This document shows positions 55,456-64,000 of a stretch of DNA of 64,000 nucleotides, piece after piece; within the stretch, counting starts at the first letter, position 1, and each line of letters opens with the position of its first letter. The notes below the pieces were generated by a model. The model ran no database searches. It was not told where the DNA came from and saw nothing but the letters and a program-made list of their open reading frames with translations. Source of the stretch: Fimbriimonadaceae bacterium (GTDB lineage Bacteria; Armatimonadota; Fimbriimonadia; Fimbriimonadales; Fimbriimonadaceae); NCBI GenBank assembly GCA_019454105.1, contig CP075364.1, positions 311,362 through 375,361 of the forward strand, given 5' to 3'. The translations under genes were made by a program, and so were the position numbers.

Positions 55456-58400
55456 TTACGAGCACCCGCTCGTGGCGCCACAAGTGTCGCACTTGAGGCA
55501 AACCCCGTTTCGGACCATTGTGAACGCTCCACACTCACCGCACGGATCCCCCTCATATCCTTTGAGACGGGCCACTTTGACTTGATCGAGGTACACGCTT
55601 TCGAGCTTCGATGTCACGGGTGCGACGGCTGTGGCGCTGCCTCGGACTGCTGATTCGCCCGTGTCGGGGCCGATCCGAATGGGCTTGTCGACACTCGTCG
55701 AAGACACGTCCCCGTTCAAGTCTCCATGGACCGTCTTTCGAAACCCGTGCGAGTCATGGTCGATCTTCGAGAAACCAGGAGCGTGGTCGTGGACGCCGCC
55801 GTCCACCTCGTCTTCGAAGTCGAGGGCAGGCTGAGAGGCGTCACCGGCCCAATCGTGCCTGGTGTCGTCTGGTGACACTTGGACCAGGTCGTGGCGCCCG
55901 AGGTACGACATCGCGAGTTCTCGGAAGACATAATCGATCACTGATGTCGCCATCTTGATGTTGTCGTGCCCTTGCACCGGCCCGTTCGGCTCGAAGCGGG
56001 TAAACGTGAAGGCCTCGACGAACTCCTCCAGCGGGACACCGTATTGAAGCCCGAGAGACACGGCGATCGCGAAGCAGTTCATCAACGATCGGAAGGCCGC
56101 GCCTTCGCGGTGCATGTCGACAAAGATCTCGCCCAGAGAGCCGTCCTCGTACTCTCCTGTCCTGAGATAGACCTTGTGACCGGCCACCCTGGCCTTTTGG
56201 GTGTAGCCCCTTCTTCTGGCTGGGAGCAGCCTTCTGCGGGCGATGTACCGATAGACCAACCGGGTCGCGGCTTGTTGCACGGCTTCGTGCGCACTGATCT
56301 CGTGGCTCGTAGAACGCATGGCCGACACGAGTTCTTGAGCCTGCGGCATCTCGCCAGCCTGCTCAAGGCTCGCTTCCAAGATCGCGGCGGCCGCGTCGTC
56401 GGCGCTTGAGTTGAGCGGTTGGCTGAGCTTGCTCCCGTCCCGATAAAGGGCGTTCGCCTTGAGGCCCAGCTTCCAAGAAAGTAGGTAAGCGGCGCCGACG
56501 TCCTCGACTTTGGCATCGGCCGGAAGGTTGATGGTCTTGCTGATCGCCCCGCTCAAGAACGGTTGGGCGGCCGCCATCATGCGGATGTGCCCCTCGGCGC
56601 GGATGTAGCGCTTGCCGGTGCGCCCACACTTGTTCGCACAGTCGAAGACCGGCAAGTGCTCTTCAGAGAGGTAGGGGGCGCCTTCGACTGTCATGGTTCC
56701 ACAGACATAGTCGTTCGCAGCGTCGATCTCCGCCTTGCCGAAACCGAGCGCGGTCAGCATGTCGAAGCTCCAATCGCCAAGCTGTTCTTCGGTCAAACCG
56801 AGGCTGTCGCGGCAGAATTCCTCCCCGAGTGTGAACTTGTTGAAGACGAACCGGATGTCGAATGCGTCCGCCAGGGCCTCTTCGATCTTCAAAAGGGCCT
56901 CGTCGGTGAATCCGCGAACCTTGAGAGTCTCGGGGTTGACGCCAGGTGCGCCTCGAAGGGTCTTGTGACCGACGCAATATTGGACGATCTCGTTGATTTG
57001 GTCGGGGGAGTATCCGAGCCTCTTCAAAGCGACCGGAACCGACTGGTTGACGATTTTGAAATAGCCGCCACCAGCCAGCTTCTTGAACTTCACAAGGGCG
57101 AAGTCGGGCTCGATACCGGTCGTATCGCAGTCCATGACAAGGCCGATGGTGCCGGTCGGAGCGAGGACGGTGACTTGCGCGTTTCGGAACCCATGGGCCT
57201 CGCCGAGCGCCAGGGCTTTGTCCCAGGCCAGCCGAGCCGCCGAAAGGAAATCGGCCGGGCAATAAGTCGAATCGATGCCGACGGGCTTGACACCGAGCCC
57301 CTCGTAGTCCGCACCTCCGGCCAAGTAAGCGGCCCGCCTGTGGTTCCGGATCACGCGGAGCATCGCCTCTCGGTTCTTGGCGTAGCCTGGGAACGGGCCG
57401 AGTTCGCGAGCCATTTGGGCGCTCGCGGCGTAGCTTTCGCCCCCCATGATCGCGGTCAAGGCGCCGGCCATGGCAAAGCCCTCGGGGCTGTCGTAAGGCA
57501 CGCCCATCTGCATGAGCACCGCACCCAGGTTGGCGTACCCGAGCCCGAGGGTGCGGTAGTCGTAGCTCAGCTGGGCGATCTCCCTGGATGGGAACTGGGC
57601 CATGGCGACACTGATCTCCAGGACGACGGTCCAGAGGCGGATGGCATGGCGATAGCCATCGATGTCGAACTTGCCCGATTCTGCGTTGTAGAGCCTTCCG
57701 AGGTTGATGGACGCCAGGTTGCAGGCCGTGTCGTCCAAGAACATGTACTCGGAACACGGATTACTGGCGTTGATCCTTCCACTTTCTGGGCACGTGTGCC
57801 AGTCGTTTATGGTCGAGTCGTATTGCAGCCCAGGGTCGGCGCTGGCCCAAGCCGAGAAGCATATGTCGTCCCAAAGCTCTTGTGCCATGAGAGTCTTGGT
57901 GACAGTGCCGTCTGTCCTTGACTTGAGCGTCCAGTCTCCTCCCCGTTCGACAGCGTCCAAGAATTGGTTGCTGACGCGGACAGAGTTGTTGGAGTTTTGG
58001 CCCGAAACGGTGAGGTAGGCCTCGCTCTCATAGCCAGTGTCGTAGACAGGAAAGTCGATGGAGGTGAAGCCTTGCTCAGCGAGTTGGATGGCGCGCTGGA
58101 CGTAGTTCGGACTGACCCCGGCTGACTTGGCCTCGGCGACGGCCCTGCGGAGGGCCGGATTGTGGCGCGGGTTGAACCGGTCGTCGCCCTCGCCCTCGTG
58201 ACAGGCCTTCATCACCCGTGTCAGGTGTGTCTGGTTGATCTGGGATCCCGTGACGAGCGAAGCGACTTTTTGTTCCTCGACGACTTTCCACTTGACGAAC
58301 TGGACGATGTCAGGGTGGTCGACATCAAGACACACCATTTTGGCCGCCCGTCTCGTGGTGCCGCCGCTTTTGATCGCCCCAGCGGAACGGTCCCCGACTC

Positions 58401-59079
58401 GAAGGAACGACATGAGCCCAGACGAGCGTCCGCCTCCGGAAAGCTTCTCGTTCTCCCCTCGGATCTTTGAAAAGTTCGTACCGACACCCGAGCCGTACTT
58501 GAAAATGCGGGCCTCGCGCGTCCAGAGATCCATGATCCCTCCATCGTTCACAAGGTCGTCCTTCACACTCAGAATGAAGCAGGCGTGGGGCTGCGGGCGC
58601 TCATAGGCGTTCGTGCTCCGCTCGAGCTTGCCGGACTCAGGGTCCACATAGTAGTGACCCTGGGGCACCCCTTCGATGCCATAGGCGAAGTGGAGCCCGG
58701 TGTTGAACCACTGGGGGCTGTTGGGTGCCGCGATCTGGGCCGCGAGCATGTGGCACAGTTCGTCGTAAAAAGCGCTGGCGTCTTCGGTGGAGTCGAAGTA
58801 GCCGAGCTTCTCACCCCAGTGGCGCCAACACCCGGCCAAACGGTGGAACACTTGGCGGCTGTCGGTCTCGTGACCGGTTTCAGGGACTCCAGCCTTGCGG
58901 AAGTACTTTTGCGCCAGGATGTCGGTCGCCACTTGCGACCACCGGGCGGGCACCATCACTCCTTCCATCTTGAAGACGACCGAGCCATCGGGATTGCGGA
59001 TCTCGCTCGTTCGGGCTTCGAACGGGATGCCTGAGTACCGATCCTCGCCGGCCTTTGTGAAATGACGATTGATCTTCAT
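55456..59079 (-). CDS. nrdJ: Adenosylcobalamin-dependent ribonucleotide reductase (class II)
   Basis: It has the NrdJ N-terminus, the active-site [21 protein letters not shown] and TGTIG. The C-terminal Cys cluster is CGECG...CLKCDTCG. Confidence 0.95.
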   Translation of the reverse strand: MKINRHFTKAGEDRYSGIPFEARTSEIRNPDGSVVFKMEGVMVPARWSQVATDILAQKYFRKAGVPETGHETDSRQVFHRLAGCWRHWGEKLGYFDSTEDASAFYDELCHMLAAQIAAPNSPQWFNTGLHFAYGIEGVPQGHYYVDPESGKLERSTNAYERPQPHACFILSVKDDLVNDGGIMDLWTREARIFKYGSGVGTNFSKIRGENEKLSGGGRSSGLMSFLRVGDRSAGAIKSGGTTRRAAKMVCLDVDHPDIVQFVKWKVVEEQKVASLVTGSQINQTHLTRVMKACHEGEGDDRFNPRHNPALRRAVAEAKSAGVSPNYVQRAIQLAEQGFTSIDFPVYDTGYESEAYLTVSGQNSNNSVRVSNQFLDAVERGGDWTLKSRTDGTVTKTLMAQELWDDICFSAWASADPGLQYDSTINDWHTCPESGRINASNPCSEYMFLDDTACNLASINLGRLYNAESGKFDIDGYRHAIRLWTVVLEISVAMAQFPSREIAQLSYDYRTLGLGYANLGAVLMQMGVPYDSPEGFAMAGALTAIMGGESYAASAQMARELGPFPGYAKNREAMLRVIRNHRRAAYLAGGADYEGLGVKPVGIDSTYCPADFLSAARLAWDKALALGEAHGFRNAQVTVLAPTGTIGLVMDCDTTGIEPDFALVKFKKLAGGGYFKIVNQSVPVALKRLGYSPDQINEIVQYCVGHKTLRGAPGVNPETLKVRGFTDEALLKIEEALADAFDIRFVFNKFTLGEEFCRDSLGLTEEQLGDWSFDMLTALGFGKAEIDAANDYVCGTMTVEGAPYLSEEHLPVFDCANKCGRTGKRYIRAEGHIRMMAAAQPFLSGAISKTINLPADAKVEDVGAAYLLSWKLGLKANALYRDGSKLSQPLNSSADDAAAAILEASLEQAGEMPQAQELVSAMRSTSHEISAHEAVQQAATRLVYRYIARRRLLPARRRGYTQKARVAGHKVYLRTGEYEDGSLGEIFVDMHREGAAFRSLMNCFAIAVSLGLQYGVPLEEFVEAFTFTRFEPNGPVQGHDNIKMATSVIDYVFRELAMSYLGRHDLVQVSPDDTRHDWAGDASQPALDFEDEVDGGVHDHAPGFSKIDHDSHGFRKTVHGDLNGDVSSTSVDKPIRIGPDTGESAVRGSATAVAPVTSKLESVYLDQVKVARLKGYEGDPCGECGAFTMVRNGVCLKCDTCGATSGCS

Positions 59080-59112
59080 AGTCGCGCCCAGTCGTTTGTC
59101 ATCATGTGTCTA

Positions 59113-59598
59113 CTATCTTACTCTTGCTTCTGACTGCTTGTCTAGTCGTCGCGGGGCCAAGTTCCGGACGATCGCCTTGAACTGCTCAGGGCCCTCGAAC
59201 GATTGATAGACGCTGGCGAACCGGACGAACGCGACAGGATCGAGCTTGGAGAGCTCGTCCATGACCCGGTCGCCGACGTCAGTCGTGCCGACCTCGCCAT
59301 CGGACTGGTCCGAAAGGTCGCGCTCGATCCGCTCGGCCGCCGCCCTCAACTCGGCCAGGCTCACGGGTCGCTTGTGGCACGCGGCCAACATGCCCGCGAG
59401 AACCTTCTCTCGGTCGAACGGTTCGCGACCACCGTCCCGCTTGACGACCAGCAAGACCGGCGTCTCAAGCGATTCGAAGGTGGTGAAGCGGCGCGCGCAG
59501 GCTTCGCACTCCCGTCGTCGCCGCACAGCCTCGCCCTCTCTCGCGGGTCGCGAGTCAAGGACTCGGGTATCGGTGTGCAGGCAGTACGGACAGCGCAC
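59113..59598 (-). CDS. nrdR: Transcriptional repressor NrdR
   Basis: The zinc ribbon is MRCPYC...CEAC, followed by an ATP-cone. GTG start. Confidence 0.95.
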   Translation of the reverse strand: MRCPYCLHTDTRVLDSRPAREGEAVRRRRECEACARRFTTFESLETPVLLVVKRDGGREPFDREKVLAGMLAACHKRPVSLAELRAAAERIERDLSDQSDGEVGTTDVGDRVMDELSKLDPVAFVRFASVYQSFEGPEQFKAIVRNLAPRRLDKQSEARVR

Positions 59599-59615
59599 GG
59601 TCTTGAACAGTCTGC

Positions 59616-59631
59616 CCCCAATATCTTGGGG
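59616..59631. promoter_or_regulatory. NrdR box 1
   Basis: ccCCAATATCTTGGgg is a 16-nt near-palindrome (7 of 8 pairs). The core matches the published consensus CwAtATaTwG at 9 of 10 positions. It lies 18 nt upstream of nrdR. Confidence 0.6.
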
Positions 59632-59647
59632 CGCAGGTCAAGAGACG

Positions 59648-59663
59648 ACACTAAGGGTCGTGT
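59648..59663. promoter_or_regulatory. NrdR box 2 (weaker)
   Basis: ACACtaagggtcGTGT has conserved ACAC/GTGT arms and a diverged centre. It is exactly 32 bp centre-to-centre from box 1, the canonical tandem spacing. Confidence 0.45.
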
Positions 59664-60264
59664 GGCGTCAACTTTTTGCTCGCATTTTTTCCAGGCTTTT
59701 TCCCCAATCGCGCGAACGGTTGTTCCTTGGTGAGACAGATTGATGCCGGGTCGTTCGAGGGGCGGCTGACCTCGATTGGAGTCTGAGTCCAACCTCGCTA
59801 GTAAAAATACTGGCTCACTAGAGAAGCAAATTTGATACTGGCCAACTCATCGAACGACTGACGGAGATTCTCCCTCCGCCTTGTTGTGAGATGTGCATGT
59901 CGTGAATATAGCAAGACTCTATGGAACTGCACGCGCGGTCTGTATCGAACGACGACTTGAGGCAAAGGCGCGTCAACCTGACTTGGCGAAGAGGCGGCGT
60001 CGATTCCCGGCCCGACCATTGGGTCGTTTCCTCTGTCTCGTTGCAGCGTTTCGACTGGGGTTGGAACGCCCGGGCTTCGAGGGTCTTTGGGGGGGGATCC
60101 GTGGCCCTTCCGGATCAATGGGTCAATCGACGCATTCTCCGATCGCCCCGAATCTAACCGACCTGAATGGACTCGGGTCTATCGAAACTCGCCTTAAACA
60201 CCGAAATCAGTAAGAGCAATAATGTATGCGTGTTATGATATAAAGTAAGTGCCGCTGGTTCCTC

Positions 60265-60615
60265 GTGGGGATCGTGATCATGCTGGTGCCCAACATGCCA
60301 TACCCAATTGTCGTCAGGCCCACGAGCGCCAGCCAGAAGCCAAGCAGCCAGCAACAGAGAGCCCACCGGCTACAAGTTGACAATCTGGAAGTTCAAGCCC
60401 GCGAGGCCCTGACCAAGGGCGACCGCAAGGAGGCCATGAGGCTCCTGTTGGAAGTCGACCGCTTGGATCCTCTCGCCATTGAGGCCTGGGAGCTGCTCGG
60501 ATACCTCCAAGCCTTCGGCGGCGAGCCCGAGATCGCGGCGATGAGGTTCAAGAACTACTTTGACGGCCAGCCTGACATCAAGCTCGTTCGCACCCCGCTA
60601 GACATCAGAACCTGA
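60265..60615 (+). CDS. Hypothetical small protein, one TPR-like helical hairpin
   Basis: 116-aa ORF (alternative ATG at 60280). An AT-rich promoter-like stretch (ttatgatataaagt) lies upstream. No family recognised. Confidence 0.35.
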   Translation: MGIVIMLVPNMPYPIVVRPTSASQKPSSQQQRAHRLQVDNLEVQAREALTKGDRKEAMRLLLEVDRLDPLAIEAWELLGYLQAFGGEPEIAAMRFKNYFDGQPDIKLVRTPLDIRT

Positions 60616-60669
60616 GACCTTGACTGCGACACCCTCCTCAAGACGCGCCAGCAGGCGCAAGCAGACCGT

Positions 60670-61113
60670 GTGACCAGGAGGATCGTCGAGACGGCGAACT
60701 TCGAGACATGGGGCGTCCCATGCCCGGATCCGATGGCGACGGCCAGGGCCTGGGACGCCCTTTCAAGACTCGTCGTGGCGACCGTCTTCTTCGACGACGC
60801 CGAGAACCCTTGGATCGACCCCTGTTTCCCCGAGCACAAGCGGGTCAAAGAACCGTTGGCGCTCGCCGGGGAGGCGAGCCGGCTCAAGCCTGGCTGGCCC
60901 TCCGGAGAGTCTGTCTGGGCCTGCTTCCTGTCGCAAGTCAAGTCCAAACCTCGGAACGCTTCCAAGGCCGATGCCGATCGGTTGCGCCTTGCGAAGTCCA
61001 AGCTCGAGTGGGCTCGCGAGCGGAGCGGTGGCGATCTCCGGAGATCGGTGGAACGACAGCTGGAAAGGCTCCTGGGTCGCTGGGAGTTCTTGCGGATCGA
61101 GACCAGCTCCTGA
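60670..61113 (+). CDS. Hypothetical protein
   Basis: 147-aa ORF with a GTG start, in the same direction as its neighbours. No family recognised. Confidence 0.35.
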   Translation: MTRRIVETANFETWGVPCPDPMATARAWDALSRLVVATVFFDDAENPWIDPCFPEHKRVKEPLALAGEASRLKPGWPSGESVWACFLSQVKSKPRNASKADADRLRLAKSKLEWARERSGGDLRRSVERQLERLLGRWEFLRIETSS

Positions 61114-61170
61114 TCCGCTTTTCACGGTCGTCGCGGCCGCAGAGGCTCTGGCGGTAGCATCGGGACGACT

Positions 61171-61830
61171 TTGCGCGCCGCCTTCACCCTGATCGAACTT
61201 CTTGTCGTGATCGCGATCATCGCCGTCTTGGCCGCGATCCTTCTGCCCGTCTTTGCCCAAGCCAAGTTGGCTGGCCAAGCGACGGCCTGCGCCTCCAACA
61301 TCCGTCAGCTTGGGATCGCATTCTCGCTCTACGAACAAGACTACGACGACACCTATCCCTTGGCCGCCTATGCCGAAGGAGCCGGGTTCAAGCTATGGCA
61401 CGACATGATCGACCCGATGGTCAAGAACAAGGACGTCTGGCTTTGCCCCTGTAGCCAGGTCTCCCGGTTCGACACTTCGGGGGCGCGCACCAGTCACTTC
61501 GGCTACAACGTTCGCTACCTGACCAACCTTCGGCTTGACTTTGCGAACGCTGACGGCCACCAGGCGGTGCCGGCCTCACGCGTCCAAAGTCCGGCCGAGA
61601 CCGTCCTTTTGGCCACAGCCAAGGCATCCAGGCCCACCAGCTGGTGCGGCGACGACGGAAAGCTGCTTTTGCCGCCCAGCGACCCGGACGGCGACTGCTG
61701 GGGACGTCCCGATCCGGTAGCGACGGAGCGCGTCGTCGTCCAGTGGGCCGACACCCACGTCTCCCGGCCCCGACTTTCGGGGTTCTATGACGGCCAAGAT
61801 CCGGTCGACCGGTGGTTCGACCTCGATTGA
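61171..61830 (+). CDS. Prepilin-type N-terminal cleavage/methylation protein (third DUF1559-like paralogue)
   Basis: TTG start. N-terminus [31 protein letters not shown]. The C-terminal VVVQWADTHVS is analogous to the RADGHVKW region of copy 1. Confidence 0.8.
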   Translation: MRAAFTLIELLVVIAIIAVLAAILLPVFAQAKLAGQATACASNIRQLGIAFSLYEQDYDDTYPLAAYAEGAGFKLWHDMIDPMVKNKDVWLCPCSQVSRFDTSGARTSHFGYNVRYLTNLRLDFANADGHQAVPASRVQSPAETVLLATAKASRPTSWCGDDGKLLLPPSDPDGDCWGRPDPVATERVVVQWADTHVSRPRLSGFYDGQDPVDRWFDLD

Positions 61831-61837
61831 CCTTTCG

Positions 61838-64000
61838 CTAGTCGAGCATTCGGATCCGGATATTGCGATATTGCACGGGATCGCCGTGGTCTTGGAGGAG
61901 GATATGCCCCCTGCGTTCCTTGGCGAAACCAGGCAGGGCCGCGAACTTGCTGGCCGCGACCTTGGATCGGAAGTCCTCCGACGCGGTGTCGAACTCCAGG
62001 AGTTTGACACCGTTCAACCAATGCTCGAACTTCGACCCCTTGGCGATGATCCGGACGTCGTTCCAGACGCCGGCTGGGCGAACCACCCCGGCTGGGGCGG
62101 GGATCAGTCCGTAAAGTGACCCAGCCGCAGTCAGTCTCGACCTCGCGTCGCGGTGGCGGGCGTCGTCCAGAACCTGCATCTCCATGCCGGTGTCCCAAGG
62201 AGCCTCGCTCGACTCGGACACCCGGTAGAAGACCCCGCTGTTGCCCCCTTCGCTGACGCGCCACTGCAGTCGAAGCTCGAAGTCCCCGAACTGTTCGCGG
62301 GTCGAGATGTCGCCGCCACCCACGCCGGGCGTGTAGGCCAGCGAACCATCAATGATCGCCCAGCCGTTGGGAACCGTGGCTTGGCGGAATCCCTTCCAAG
62401 CGCCGAGACTTTCCCCGTCGAAGAGGTGCGTGAATCCTGCTCGGATCTCGCTCGGCGTCAGCATGTTCTCGCCGGGCCGGGCGTCTGGGTCGGGCTTCGC
62501 CGCCATCGATCTCCCGCGCGGAATCCTGTTCATCGTGTACCAAGCTTCGGTCGACCAAAGGCGTCGGCCGGTGGCTGAAAGAAGGGAACCATCCAGCCGG
62601 AGGTGCACAACGTGGCCGGCCTTGATCCCCGGCGCCTCGATGAAAACCCGGCTTCTGTCGCCAAGAACTGTGACTGACTTGACCGTCACCCTCTCTTGGT
62701 CGATTTTGGGCCCGCCGTAGGCTGCTGTCGGTTCGTAACGCCACTGCTCAAGTCGGTAATCGCTCGGGTTGGCGCCGGCTCCCTTGGCCAAGGGTTCGGT
62801 GAGGGTCACGAGCAGACCGTTCGTCTTTGCTTCCACTTTGAGCATTTCGAACGGCACGGCCCCATTCCAAACGAGCCTTTGGAGGCCGAACCGCTGCTTG
62901 CCCTCTTGGCCCCAGTTGCCGGTCGAACCGATCCCACCGACATAGATCGCGCCTCCAGGGCCCACCATGACACGGTTGACTCCGGCCTCGAGCCCTTGAG
63001 TGAAGCGGAAGACGCACCCTTGGGGCCGTCCGTCGATCCACTCGACGAACATCCGCTTGAGGCCGCCGTGGGTCACGTCCCCATGCATCATTTGGCCCTT
63101 GTAGGGCCCAAGGTCCAGCGGGGCGGGTTGGCTCGGCGAGTTGCCGATCTCGCCTTGCGGCAGCCAAGCGACAGGAGGCGTCTCCGGTGTGGTCGAGCCG
63201 ACCTCGACCGATCTATTGCCCCAGAACGCGCCGGGTTCTACGAGCACGATCTTGGACGAAGGGAGCCAGTCGCCTTGGTTGTCGGCGACGTAGATCCGAC
63301 CTCGGGAGCCGAATCCGATGCCGTTCGGGGTGCGAAGTCCCCCAGCGATCAGCTCGTAGGAACCGGTCCGATCGTTGATCTTCACGACTTTGCCGCGGTC
63401 GGGATTTTGGTTCTTGGTCGAGCCTCCTCCCGGATCGATGGCGATCGCGAGCGTCGCATAAAAATGACCTTTGTGGTGGACCAGGCCGAACGCGAACTCG
63501 TGAAAGTTGTCGGTGACGCCCCAACCGTTGGCAAGGGCCTCGTATTCGTCGGCCACGCCGTCAAGGTCGTGGTCAATGAGCCGGGTCAGCTCCTGCTTCT
63601 GGAGCACGTAGACTTGGCCCCGGACGACCTTGATCCCAAGGGGCTCGGCCAAGCCGATTGCGAACCGCTTGACGCTCATCTTCTTTGGATCACCCGTCTC
63701 GTGTCCTGAAACGATGTAGACGCCCCCGTCGGGCTCCCAGGCACAGACCACCATCCGGCCGTCGGGGAGGAAGTCGATGCCGCCGACCCGGACATGCCAG
63801 TCGTCCGGTCTGGCTTGCTCCAGCTTGAAGGCCGGATGGACGCCTTCGAGCGGACGGCCGTCTCCGGGAGTCGACCAGTCGATCGCCTCCAGAAAAAGCT
63901 TGTCTCCAGGAGCGGTGACCTTGACCTCTCCTGACCGAGTGCGGAGGTTTTCGGCAGGGACCACACTGGGGGTCGTGGCTCCGGGCGGAAGCCAACCCAA
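61838..64000 (-). CDS. Beta-propeller (sorbosone/glucose dehydrogenase-like) protein fused to C-terminal DUF1080 (3-keto-disaccharide hydrolase) domain; 5' end outside window
   Basis: The C-terminal 200 aa reads FDGESLGAWKG...FELRLQWRVSEGGNSGVFYR...HILLQDHGDPVQYRNIRI (DUF1080). Upstream, the YVADNQGDWLPSSK-type propeller is present. The ORF is open to the window edge. Confidence 0.8.
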   Translation of the reverse strand: MGWLPPGATTPSVVPAENLRTRSGEVKVTAPGDKLFLEAIDWSTPGDGRPLEGVHPAFKLEQARPDDWHVRVGGIDFLPDGRMVVCAWEPDGGVYIVSGHETGDPKKMSVKRFAIGLAEPLGIKVVRGQVYVLQKQELTRLIDHDLDGVADEYEALANGWGVTDNFHEFAFGLVHHKGHFYATLAIAIDPGGGSTKNQNPDRGKVVKINDRTGSYELIAGGLRTPNGIGFGSRGRIYVADNQGDWLPSSKIVLVEPGAFWGNRSVEVGSTTPETPPVAWLPQGEIGNSPSQPAPLDLGPYKGQMMHGDVTHGGLKRMFVEWIDGRPQGCVFRFTQGLEAGVNRVMVGPGGAIYVGGIGSTGNWGQEGKQRFGLQRLVWNGAVPFEMLKVEAKTNGLLVTLTEPLAKGAGANPSDYRLEQWRYEPTAAYGGPKIDQERVTVKSVTVLGDRSRVFIEAPGIKAGHVVHLRLDGSLLSATGRRLWSTEAWYTMNRIPRGRSMAAKPDPDARPGENMLTPSEIRAGFTHLFDGESLGAWKGFRQATVPNGWAIIDGSLAYTPGVGGGDISTREQFGDFELRLQWRVSEGGNSGVFYRVSESSEAPWDTGMEMQVLDDARHRDARSRLTAAGSLYGLIPAPAGVVRPAGVWNDVRIIAKGSKFEHWLNGVKLLEFDTASEDFRSKVAASKFAALPGFAKERRGHILLQDHGDPVQYRNIRIRMLD

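Noticed and set aside
55456-59079. Intein in the 1207-aa NrdJ
   Set aside because: The sequence reads continuously as a long-type class II RNR. I saw no Cys/Ser...His-Asn splice junction blocks and no homing-endonuclease motifs.
59798-60213. ORFs 59798..60118 (-), 59893..60213 (+) and 59921..60157 (+)
   Set aside because: They overlap each other and are Arg/Pro-rich with no start context. They lie in the AT-richer non-coding gap, and none looks like a real protein.
59599-60264. Cobalamin riboswitch or tmRNA/tRNA-like element upstream of nrdR (for example gtcgattcccggcccgacca near 59998-60017)
   Set aside because: No B12 box was found. The T-arm-like string has no complementary stem or acceptor pairing. 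There is no tmRNA 5' GGGG...tag-ORF organisation.

Overview
GC-rich, very tightly packed bacterial chromosomal segment; GC was judged by eye and not computed. I found about 55 protein genes, one tRNA and one SRP RNA. Many gene junctions are 4-nt ATGA/GTGA overlaps. Three prepilin-type proteins begin [23 protein letters not shown], a style I associate with Armatimonadota and PVC-like lineages; that is inference, not a search result.

Content in order:
- cmk.
- An HDOD-pilT operon.
- A STAND-type adenylate cyclase facing a stand-alone cNMP-binding protein.
- tRNA-Leu(CAG), pilB, ygfZ, a cutinase/PETase-like hydrolase and smc.
- Two pseudopilin plus mini-lipoprotein cassettes.
- An orphan nuoA-nuoC pair, then glgP with a GH65-like lipoprotein.
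- trpDCF.
- An ABC-2 exporter with an unknown 459-aa partner.
- The classic ffs-dnaX-ybaB-recR block, followed by purD and purB.
- An SRAP peptidase.
- A 745-bp spacer full of C5TC5/G5AG5 palindromic repeats.
- A loose glycan-degradation neighbourhood: GH29-PA14, GHL10, a GH55-like beta-helix protein, PhoD, GH15, GH127 and an S8 protease.
- nrdR-nrdJ with tandem NrdR boxes.
- A third pseudopilin and a partial beta-propeller-DUF1080 protein.

I saw no CRISPR array, transposase, integrase or rRNA.

The best candidates for something undescribed are the cyclase/CNB pair, the pseudopilin-lipoprotein cassettes, the ABC-2 partner protein and the palindromic-repeat cluster. All family names come from motif recognition by eye. 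No database search was run.
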